DNA of 54,139 nucleotides from an uncultured Eubacteriales bacterium (GTDB lineage Bacteria; Bacillota; Clostridia; Christensenellales; CAG-138): NCBI GenBank assembly GCA_900318745.1, contig ONMC01000011.1, positions 1 to 54,139 of the forward strand, read 5' to 3'. Shown piece by piece: positions 47,743 to 54,139 of this stretch (position 1 is its first letter; each line of letters starts with the position of its first letter). The notes under the pieces were generated by a model. It saw only the letters and a program-made list of their open reading frames with translations, ran no database searches and was not told where the DNA came from. The position numbers and the translations under genes were made by a program.

Positions 47743-48195
47743 TTATTTCTCCCGAATTTTCGGGGAATGGACTTGTTTTGCGGTGGACAGAACGAGCAGG
47801 GTCTTGGTGCGGCCGACGCCGGGGATGCTTTTGACCTCATCCAGAAGCCGCTCAAGCGAGCGCGTCGAGTCCGTGCGGATCTTGATGAGATAGTCGTAAT
47901 CTCCCGCAACGTAGTTGCATTCGGTGATCGCGCTGCGCTTCTTTGCAAAATCGATGAAGCCTTCGTTGTAGCGCGGATGGTCCATCAGAATGCAGATGAA
48001 CGCGGTGACGTCCAGACCGAACTTTTTCTCGTCCAGAATCGTGGTGTACTGTTTGATCACACCCGCGTTTTCCAGCTTCTTGATGCGCTCGATGACAGCG
48101 GATACGGAAAGGTTGACTTTTTCCGAAAGATCGCTTGCCGAAACGCGCGCATTTTCGGACAGAGCATTGATGATTTTTACGTCTGTATTATCCAT
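47743..48195 (-). CDS. Lrp/AsnC-family transcriptional regulator
   Basis: ATG 48195 (GAGGAAGAGGG upstream). HTH IINALSENARVSASDLSEKVNLSVSAVIERIKKLE plus a RAM/ACT-like C-terminus. Lies 24 nt upstream of pntAA. Confidence 0.88.
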   Translation of the reverse strand: MDNTDVKIINALSENARVSASDLSEKVNLSVSAVIERIKKLENAGVIKQYTTILDEKKFGLDVTAFICILMDHPRYNEGFIDFAKKRSAITECNYVAGDYDYLIKIRTDSTRSLERLLDEVKSIPGVGRTKTLLVLSTAKQVHSPKIREK

Positions 48196-48268
48196 AAAAA
48201 CGATACCCTCTTCCTCTATGCTATGATAGCGTGCGGACAACAAAAAGTAAACAGTTTTTTCAATAACA

Positions 48269-48313
48269 CAGAAATAATTTCGGCAAATAGACATATACAG
48301 AAAATAATTTCTG
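48269..48313. promoter_or_regulatory. Two AT-rich direct-repeat boxes, candidate Lrp-type operators
   Basis: CAGAAATAATTTCGG at 48269-48283 and CAGAAAATAATTTCTG at 48298-48313, with starts 29 bp apart. The second has palindromic arms CAGAAA/TTTCTG. Confidence 0.4.
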
Positions 48314-48361
48314 TTTTTCAACAGGAGCCGCCGGCAGAACGGCGCGACCGGAGCGCGCGGA

Positions 48362-48391
48362 TTGACAAGGACGCGGAATTTGCGATATGAT
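48362..48391 (+). promoter_or_regulatory. Candidate sigma-A promoter of the dipeptidase gene
   Basis: TTGACA 48362-48367, 18-nt spacer, TATGAT 48386-48391. Confidence 0.5.
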
Positions 48392-48425
48392 ACAAATAAG
48401 AAAGTCAGAAAACAAGGAGGATCCC

Positions 48426-49889
48426 ATGCCCTGTACAACGCTTCTGGTCGGCAAAAGAGCCGCAAATGATAATTCCACGATGATCGCCCGCACCGACGAC
48501 GGGCATTTTGACGTGAAGAAGCTGATCGTCGTCGAGCCGAAGGATCAGAAAAAGACATATACCTCGGTTGCCGGACACCTGACGATCATGCTGCCGGACA
48601 ATCCGATGCGTTATACCGCGTGCCCGAGCGTCGACCCGAAGGAAGGCGTCTGGGCGGCCACCGGCATCAATGCCGCGAACGTCGGCATGACGGCAACGGA
48701 AACGATCACGTCGAATCCGCGCGTGCTCGCGGCGGACCCGCTCGTGACGTATCGGAAAGCAAAGACGAAAAAGGAAAAAGACATTCCGGGCGGCATCGGA
48801 GAAGAGGATATTGTCGTGCTCGTGCTGCCGTATATCCGCACCGCGCGCGAAGGCGTCTTAAGACTTGCGGCGCTTTTGGAGCAGTACGGCACCTATGAAT
48901 CCAACGGGATCGCGTTCAACGACGAAAACGAGATCTGGTGGATGGAGACGATCGGCGGTCATCACTGGATGGCAAAGCGCGTGCCGGACGACGTCGCGGT
49001 CGTCATGCCCAATCAGTTCGGCATGGACAGCTTCGATCTCGACGACGCGTTCGGAAAACAGGAAGCGCATCTGTGCTCGAACGATCTGCGCGAATTCATC
49101 GAAACCTATCATCTGGACTGCAATCAGAACGGCACGTTCAACCCGCGCCTTGTGTTCGGCTCGCATTCCGATCAGGATCATGTCTACAACACGCCGCGCG
49201 CCTGGTATATGGGACGGTATCTTGCGCCGAGGACGTTCCGCTGGGACGGTCCGGACGCCGATTTCACGCCCGAAAGCGACGATATCCCGTGGAGTTTTGT
49301 ACCCGAGCGCAAGATCGCGGTCGAGGAGGTCAAGGAACTTCTGAGCGCGAACTATCAGGGCACGCCGTTTAATCCCTATCTCAACCACGATACCGGCGTA
49401 CGCGGCAAATATCGCTCGATCGGCATCAACCGCACCGGCGTCACGTCGGTCTGCCAGATCCGTCCGGACGCGCCGGACTGCTGCAAGGGACTCGAATGGA
49501 TCTGCTTCGGTTCGACGACGTTCGACGCGCTGCTGCCGATTTATCCGAACGTGCCGAAGATGCCGAGCTATCTGTCCGACGTCACGCTGAGCGCATCCAC
49601 CGAAACCTTCTACTGGGGCAGCCGACTGATCGGCGCAATGGCGGATCACAGCTACAATCAATGCGCGCAGATCGTCACCCGCTATCAGAATGCCGTGATG
49701 ACTGAGGGACGCAAACTCGTGCTCGAATACGATCGGAAGATCGCCGAAACCGGAGACGCGGCGCTGCTTTCGGAGGCGAACGGGAAGCTCGCCGCGATGG
49801 CAAAGGAACAGACCGACAAGGCGCTGACGGCGGTTCTGCACGAATCCAGCGTCAGCATGAAAAACGGCTACAACCGGGCGGACAACTGA
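48426..49889 (+). CDS. C69-family dipeptidase
   Basis: ATG 48426 follows AAGGAGGA. N-terminal MPCTTLLVGK (catalytic Cys right after Met), typical of peptidase C69. Confidence 0.85.
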   Translation: MPCTTLLVGKRAANDNSTMIARTDDGHFDVKKLIVVEPKDQKKTYTSVAGHLTIMLPDNPMRYTACPSVDPKEGVWAATGINAANVGMTATETITSNPRVLAADPLVTYRKAKTKKEKDIPGGIGEEDIVVLVLPYIRTAREGVLRLAALLEQYGTYESNGIAFNDENEIWWMETIGGHHWMAKRVPDDVAVVMPNQFGMDSFDLDDAFGKQEAHLCSNDLREFIETYHLDCNQNGTFNPRLVFGSHSDQDHVYNTPRAWYMGRYLAPRTFRWDGPDADFTPESDDIPWSFVPERKIAVEEVKELLSANYQGTPFNPYLNHDTGVRGKYRSIGINRTGVTSVCQIRPDAPDCCKGLEWICFGSTTFDALLPIYPNVPKMPSYLSDVTLSASTETFYWGSRLIGAMADHSYNQCAQIVTRYQNAVMTEGRKLVLEYDRKIAETGDAALLSEANGKLAAMAKEQTDKALTAVLHESSVSMKNGYNRADN

Positions 49890-49923
49890 AACGATCCTTC
49901 CGTCCGCAATCAATGAAAAAAGC

Positions 49924-49960
49924 AAGAGGTTCCCGCACGGCGGGAACCTCTTTTGCTTTT
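49924..49960. terminator. Bidirectional terminator
   Basis: AAGAGGUUCCCG 49924-49935 pairs with CGGGAACCUCUU 49941-49952, followed by UUUUGCUUUU. Confidence 0.8.
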
Positions 49961-49964
49961 GCGG

Positions 49965-51185
49965 TCACAGCGTCGTTCTGACCTTTGCGCTGCCGCTCCA
50001 CGGTGAGTAGAAGGTGAACGAGCCGACCTTCACGTAGCAGCGAATGCGGACATAGTACGTTTTGAACATCGACAGCGAGCCGATCGTCGTCGAGGTCGTC
50101 GATGCGCTGCCGAGCGTGACGGATTTGACGCCGGAAGAGAACGTCGACGAGGTGGAATACTGGATCTGATAACCGGAGATGTTTGTGCGGCGCGTCCAGC
50201 TCAGCTGCATCCTGCCGAAAAGCTTGGCTTTCGCACTCGTGATGCTTGTCGTCGGCAAAACATGGACGTTTACGTCATAGGATCTGCCGTGCATTTTGAG
50301 CGTGACGGTCGTCGCGCCCGCACTCTTTGCGGTAACGACGCCGTTCGAGTTGACGGTGCAGACGCTGTTGTTCGAGCTGGAGTAGGTGACGAAGCTGTTG
50401 CCGATCATCGGAACGACCGAGGCCGTTCTGCCGGCGGAGAGACCGATCACGTTCGCGCGGATCGGGCTGATGGCTTTGGAACCCTTGAGATAGACCAGGT
50501 AGTTCAGCGAGCTGTACAGATCGCCGCTGCTGTGCTTGTAAATATAGGATCCCTCGATCGCGCCTTTGTAGTTGTTCACGGGGTCCCAGACGAACAGGGA
50601 AACCCGGTTGTCAGCGACCGAATAGCTCGTGATGACGGCGACGTGGTTTGCGGTCTTGCTGCGGATCACGATCCCCTCGGGATGCTCGTGCAGCAGAAGC
50701 GCGATATAGTGGTTGAATCCGGCCTTTGCCGTGCATTTTTTGACGGTATCGACGCTGATTTTCACGGCCTGGTAGCTGACGCCGCCTTTGGTGTAGGTCT
50801 TTTGAAACCAGGTCCCGGTACCGCCGTTGTAGCTGTAGCGTGTGCCGTCCTTGTTGGACCTGATGTTGGTGCAGCCGCACGCGCTGATCACATCGGTCGC
50901 GGTAAAGGAGCCGCTTCTGTTGTCATACGCAAGGCGGCGGTTCAGCACGGTGACCATCGAGCACACGTTGCAAAGCCCGTCCTGCTTCTTCGTAAAGGTA
51001 GCATCATAGTGCGAGATCTGCGTGCACGTCTTGGGCTTCTTTGCCTCGATCGCCGCGACCGCGGCTTCGAATGGGTTCGACGAGGCAGCTTCCGAGGAGG
51101 ACGGAAGCATGGGAACGAGCATAAGAGCAAGGGACAGCATCGCCAGAGCGACCGACAAAACTTTTTTCAGAAACCCGTGTTTCAT
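49965..51185 (-). CDS. Secreted protein: papain-like (C39-like) Cys/His domain + Big_2 Ig-like domain + FN3-like domain
   Basis: Signal peptide MKHGFLKKVLSVALAMLSLALMLVPMLPSSSEA. Candidate Cys at QDGLCNVCSMV and His at TANHVAVITSY. Big_2-like SSNNSVCTVNSNGVVTAKSAGATTVTL. FN3-like tail. Domain calls made by eye. Confidence 0.55.
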   Translation of the reverse strand: MKHGFLKKVLSVALAMLSLALMLVPMLPSSSEAASSNPFEAAVAAIEAKKPKTCTQISHYDATFTKKQDGLCNVCSMVTVLNRRLAYDNRSGSFTATDVISACGCTNIRSNKDGTRYSYNGGTGTWFQKTYTKGGVSYQAVKISVDTVKKCTAKAGFNHYIALLLHEHPEGIVIRSKTANHVAVITSYSVADNRVSLFVWDPVNNYKGAIEGSYIYKHSSGDLYSSLNYLVYLKGSKAISPIRANVIGLSAGRTASVVPMIGNSFVTYSSSNNSVCTVNSNGVVTAKSAGATTVTLKMHGRSYDVNVHVLPTTSITSAKAKLFGRMQLSWTRRTNISGYQIQYSTSSTFSSGVKSVTLGSASTTSTTIGSLSMFKTYYVRIRCYVKVGSFTFYSPWSGSAKVRTTL

Positions 51186-51300
51186 AATGAGATCCTCCGC
51201 TGATCTGAATTTCGGCTCCCGATCGCGTCGTTCGGGTTCGCGATCGGTTTACCTTACGCGTTCAGCATAGCGCAGTGCCGCTGTGGTTTTGTTTTCATAC

Positions 51301-51334
51301 AAAAAACGCCTCGCAGAAGCGGAGCGTTTTCGGG
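51301..51334 (-). terminator. Hairpin terminator downstream of the cotJC fragment
   Basis: Imperfect 10-bp stem 51305-51314 / 51319-51328. U6 tail on the minus strand (A6 at 51301-51306 on plus). Confidence 0.5.
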
Positions 51335-51345
51335 ATCGGACGCGG

Positions 51346-51563
51346 TTACCAGCGGCGCCTTGCACAGCGGCAGGAAGGCGCGCTGCGGCCGTTTTTGATC
51401 GCCTGCATGATTTCAAGACACTCGCCGAAGCGCTGATAGTGCACGATCTCGCGCTCGCGCAAAAAGTACAGCGGCTCGATGATCTGGCTGTTCGAGGTCA
51501 TGTTCATCAGGTGTTCGTACGTTGCACGCGCCTTCTGCTCGGCTGCACCTTGCGATGCGCTAC
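51346..51563 (-). pseudogene. cotJC: 3' fragment (about the last 65-70 codons) of a CotJC/manganese-catalase-family gene
   Basis: Not in the ORF track because it lacks a start codon. The minus frame reads ...SASQGAAEQKARATYEHLMNMTSNSQIIEPLYFLREREIVHYQRFGECLEIMQAIKNG...*, with TAA at 51346-51348. Only the C-terminal third of the family is represented. Confidence 0.7.
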
Positions 51564-51588
51564 ATTTTGGGGCTTTACGTGCACATTT

Positions 51589-53142
51589 TCAGAAATTCCA
51601 GTGAATTTCGATCAATTGCTCGGATGTTTTGGGAACGCGCCTGCCGATGCGAACATAGTCAATCAGCGTTTCAACAATCGGGCGATTGAGGCTCTCAAAC
51701 GCGGTATAGCGGTCGATCAGTTCTTTTCGATGATCTCCTTCGATCGCTTGCTGATCCAGTAAATCAAGCTGCTTTGTTAGCTTCTGAATTTGCTTTTCCG
51801 CACGACTGCGATCGTCCGAAAGTCCTTTTGCCAATTCCGCGAAATCCGGATCGGAAAGATATCCGCGCACCTTATCCATATAGAGACTGCGCAAACCCTT
51901 GCTGTATTCCTCGACACGCTTTTGATATGCTTCGAGATCGGCTTGCAGGCGTTCTTTTTGCCGCTTCAGATCCTGTTGAAACTCCACCTTCTGCAGCAAT
52001 TCATCTTTGTCAAGATAGGTGTCAGATAGGCGATGCAGCTCATTCAATACGGTTTGCTCAACTTTTTTGACAGAGACAAAGGTTCCGGGACAGGAATCCT
52101 GCGCAACATGATGGTTGGGGCACTCCAAATAATACATTCCGTGACACTTATGAGATCGCAGAGTATAACCGCAATATGCGCATCGTGCCTTCTTTGCGAA
52201 CAGTCCGATCTGACCGCCGGAGAATGGCTTTGCCTTTGCTTTCAGCATCAACTGCACGGTATCCCACAGTTCACGGTCGATGATAGGCTCGTGCGTGCCT
52301 TCCACCACATACCATTGATCCCTTGGTCTTGGTTTGTTTTGTTTCGTTTTGTAGGAGATGCTGCCATATTTGCCCTGCACCATGTTTCCGATGTAGATTT
52401 CATTTGTCAGCATATCGGCGATTGCAAAGTACTTCCAGAAAGTACTATTTTTGCTTTTCGGTCCCTTGTAGCGAAGTCCTTTCTGGCGTTTATACTCGGT
52501 TGGATTCGGGATCCCGCGATCATTCAGCATGCGGGCAATCGCTGTTTTTCCATAGCCCTGCGCAAACAGAGAGAATACCTCCCGCACGACTGCAGCAGCT
52601 TCTTCATCGATCAACAGATGACCTTTTTGATCGGGATCCTTCCGATAACCGTAGAGCGCAAATGCCCCGATGTGATATCCGTTTACGCGGCGATTGGTAA
52701 GAACGCTGCGAATGTTATCCGACATATCCTCCAGATACCATTCGTTGACAAGGCCGTTGATCTGTCGGGATTTCTTGTTTCCCTTGTTTGCGGTGTCCGC
52801 ATTGTCAACAATGCTGACAAATCGGATGCCCCACATGGGGAAGAGCCCATGGATGTACTTTTCAACCAGTTCCAGCTCTCTGGTAAAGCGTGATTGAGTC
52901 TTGCAGAGAACGATGTCAAACTTTTTTGCCTCGGCGTCTTTCAAAAGCTGTTGGAATGCCGGACGCCGCCGATCCGATCCGGTGTAATCATCATCACTGT
53001 AGATTCTGTAAACATCCCACCCTTGTTCCTGTGCGTATTGCGACAGCATCAGCTTTTGATTTTGAATACTGTTGCTGTCGTCGGTCTCAAATTGTTTATT
53101 TCTATCTTCTTCGGATAGGCGACAATAGATTGCGGTTTTCAT
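51589..53142 (-). CDS. Large serine recombinase (resolvase/invertase N-terminal domain + recombinase domain + zinc ribbon + coiled-coil C-terminus)
   Basis: ATG 53142 follows GAAGGAGG. MKTAIYCRLSEEDR (catalytic Ser motif). Zinc ribbon CAYCGYTLRSHKCHGMYYLECPNHH. TnpX/TndX-like C-terminus ending IEIHWNF. Confidence 0.92.
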   Translation of the reverse strand: MKTAIYCRLSEEDRNKQFETDDSNSIQNQKLMLSQYAQEQGWDVYRIYSDDDYTGSDRRRPAFQQLLKDAEAKKFDIVLCKTQSRFTRELELVEKYIHGLFPMWGIRFVSIVDNADTANKGNKKSRQINGLVNEWYLEDMSDNIRSVLTNRRVNGYHIGAFALYGYRKDPDQKGHLLIDEEAAAVVREVFSLFAQGYGKTAIARMLNDRGIPNPTEYKRQKGLRYKGPKSKNSTFWKYFAIADMLTNEIYIGNMVQGKYGSISYKTKQNKPRPRDQWYVVEGTHEPIIDRELWDTVQLMLKAKAKPFSGGQIGLFAKKARCAYCGYTLRSHKCHGMYYLECPNHHVAQDSCPGTFVSVKKVEQTVLNELHRLSDTYLDKDELLQKVEFQQDLKRQKERLQADLEAYQKRVEEYSKGLRSLYMDKVRGYLSDPDFAELAKGLSDDRSRAEKQIQKLTKQLDLLDQQAIEGDHRKELIDRYTAFESLNRPIVETLIDYVRIGRRVPKTSEQLIEIHWNF

Positions 53143-53205
53143 TGATGCCTCCTTCGAAGATAGGACAACCTCGCATGGAGCATTGTAGCACAAGTCAGCG
53201 GAGAA

Positions 53206-53364
53206 TCAAAATGTGCGAATCGGATGACTGCTTGCTGCATTGGCTTTCTCCATCTGGTTGATATAGCGTACGATTGCGTTGTTGAAACCTTCTTTAATTC
53301 CGTTACCATCCGGGCTTTTGAATATGCTGCAAGGTTGATTTATAATCTCTGTTTCTTGCTTCAT
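53206..53364 (-). CDS. Small hypothetical protein (52 aa) immediately upstream of the recombinase gene
   Basis: Below the ORF-track size cutoff; translated by hand as MKQETEIINQPCSIFKSPDGNGIKEGFNNAIVRYINQMEKANAASSHPIRTF. AGGAAAGGA lies 7 nt upstream of the ATG. Confidence 0.4.
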   Translation of the reverse strand: MKQETEIINQPCSIFKSPDGNGIKEGFNNAIVRYINQMEKANAASSHPIRTF

Positions 53365-53443
53365 GCGCGCATTCCTTTCCTATGAATTGACAGTAATCCA
53401 TATGAATCGCCGATGTTTTTTAGCACGGAGAACCGGAATGCGG

Positions 53444-53815
53444 TCAATGCTCAACCTTACGAAGCAAGCTGTAGGATCGGCCATGCGGATTGCCGCAGAT
53501 GCAGCAGGGATAGGTGATCGGATCAAATGGATCGCTGCGCTGAATCCAAAAGGCATCCGTGGAAAGATAATCCTTCAGACACCTCGAGCAAAGAACACGG
53601 ATATCGATGTTTCCGAACAGACCGATTCCCATGCTGACTAACAGTGCTTGGTCAATCAGATGCAGTGTGATGGCATCGACTTTACCGATCTTATGCGGGT
53701 AAAATCTTGATTTTGAAATCGTGCGGAGCTGCTCCAACATTACAATAGACTCATGACGCAATCCTGTGTCCTGTTTGACGGGAACGTGGGTCGGAAGCTC
53801 CAAACGCTTCTGTTT
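53444..53815 (-). pseudogene. MazF/PemK-like toxin gene lacking its 5' third, with an unusual Cys-rich C-terminal extension
   Basis: ISSKQKRLELPTHVPVKQDTGLRHESIVMLEQLRTISKSRF...IDQALLVSMGIGLF parallels the C-terminal two thirds of MazF/EndoA. No GSEQ/RP N-terminal strands are present. A 55-aa tail carries CSRC...CCICGN. Confidence 0.45.
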
Positions 53816-53817
53816 GG

Positions 53818-53917
53818 AAGAGATCTGTTTCTGATCCCGTCCATGGCGATCATCATCGCTGTACTGATCATCATGCGGAGGAAGATCGAGGCGGCAGGAG
53901 GTGGGGATCATGACTGA
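53818..53917 (+). pseudogene. 3' stub of an azlC-like gene
   Basis: Encodes GRDLFLIPSMAIIIAVLIIMRRKIEAAGGGDHD*, which overlaps the azlD start. Stops in all plus-strand frames lie upstream of about 53715-53820. Confidence 0.4.
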
Positions 53918-54139
53918 AAAGTATGTACATGCGATGATCATCATTCTTGTGATGGGCCTGGTGACCCTTGCCACAAGGATCCTTCCGGTCCTGATCTTCG
54001 GACGCGGAGAGAAAGTTCCCGATATCATTCTGTATCTCGGGAAAGTGGTTCCTTATACGGCGATGGGACTCCTGATCGTTTACTGCCTGAGGGATGTGTC
54101 TGTCTTCGAAGGATCCCATGCTGTTCCGGAAGGAATCGC
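53910..54139 (+). CDS. azlD: AzlD-family branched-chain amino acid transport protein (partial, runs off window)
   Basis: GGAGG at 53896-53900. Encodes MTEKYVHAMIIILVMGLVTLATRILPVLIFGRGEKVPDIILYLGKVVPYTAMGLLIVYCL... Absent from the ORF track because there is no stop inside the window. Confidence 0.65.
   Translation, partial: MTEKYVHAMIIILVMGLVTLATRILPVLIFGRGEKVPDIILYLGKVVPYTAMGLLIVYCLRDVSVFEGSHAVPEGI

Larger units (their letters stand above)
51564..54139 (-). mobile_element. Left end of an integrated element (lower GC) bounded by a large serine recombinase gene; extends beyond the window
   Basis: Visible drop in GC right of about 51560. The recombinase stop lies 30 bp or less from the truncated cotJC. 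Interior contains gene remnants (a MazF-like fragment and an azlC stub). Boundary uncertain by about +/-15 bp. Confidence 0.6.

Noticed and set aside
51283-51762. 159-aa plus-strand ORF spanning the cotJC/recombinase junction
   Set aside because: It is antisense to the CotJC-like fragment and to the recombinase 3' end. It has no RBS and no recognisable sequence.
52033-52893. 286-aa plus-strand ORF, plus 53363..53641 (92 aa)
   Set aside because: They are antisense to the serine recombinase and to the MazF-like fragment respectively. No motifs or RBS.
53444-54028. Treating the 194-aa ORF as an intact gene
   Set aside because: Only the C-terminal part is MazF-like. The N-terminal 70 codons are antisense to the azlC stub and azlD and lack the MazF N-terminal motifs.

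Overview
54.1-kb chromosomal window from a high-GC (about 60% by eye) anaerobic Firmicute. Gene content suggests a butyrate-producing Clostridia/Oscillospiraceae-like organism, but that taxonomic guess is inference only. All calls come from reading the supplied ORF translations and the DNA; no searches or alignments were run, and GC values are eyeball estimates.

Contents, left to right:
(1) A P-loop protein plus a MutS-domain-V ATPase pair.
(2) A consensus promoter, a lysine riboswitch and a terminator. These lead into a full lysine-fermentation operon: kal, kce, kdd, kamA, kamD, kamE and two CoA-transferase subunits.
(3) A decayed minus-strand spacer holding a frameshifted EamA transporter and a 33-codon gene stub.
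(4) crt-hbd-bcd-etfB-etfA.
(5) An AraC/GyrI regulator, an M28 peptidase, TspO, a DUF2233-like lipoprotein and a GH13 lipoprotein.
(6) A galactan-type utilisation locus: GH53 with a carbohydrate-binding tail, a solute-binding protein with an extra C-terminal beta-sandwich-like domain, two permeases, an MsmX-like ATPase, GH2 and a GH36-like enzyme.
(7) A frameshifted MTAP-family phosphorylase.
(8) Two ECF sigma/anti-sigma modules, a HAD hydrolase, and a CPBP-nitroreductase-MATE unit.
(9) An Lrp-type regulator with pntAA-pntAB-pntB, a C69 dipeptidase, and a secreted papain-like/Big_2/FN3 protein.
(10) At the right end, only the 3' third of a CotJC/Mn-catalase-family gene. It abuts a lower-GC mobile element that carries a large serine recombinase, a 52-codon ORF, a truncated MazF-like gene with a Cys-rich tail, an azlC stub and azlD. 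The element runs off the window.

No rRNA, tRNA or CRISPR array was recognised.

Most interesting observations:
- The split cotJC with the serine-recombinase element, a possible skin-like intervening element.
- A lysine riboswitch whose terminator directly shares the P1 3' strand, which predicts an ON switch on a catabolic operon.
- The P-loop/MutS-like pair as a candidate aminomutase activase.
- The solute-binding protein fused to a carbohydrate-binding-like domain.

Many very long ORFs in the track are antisense artefacts of GC3-rich genes and were rejected.
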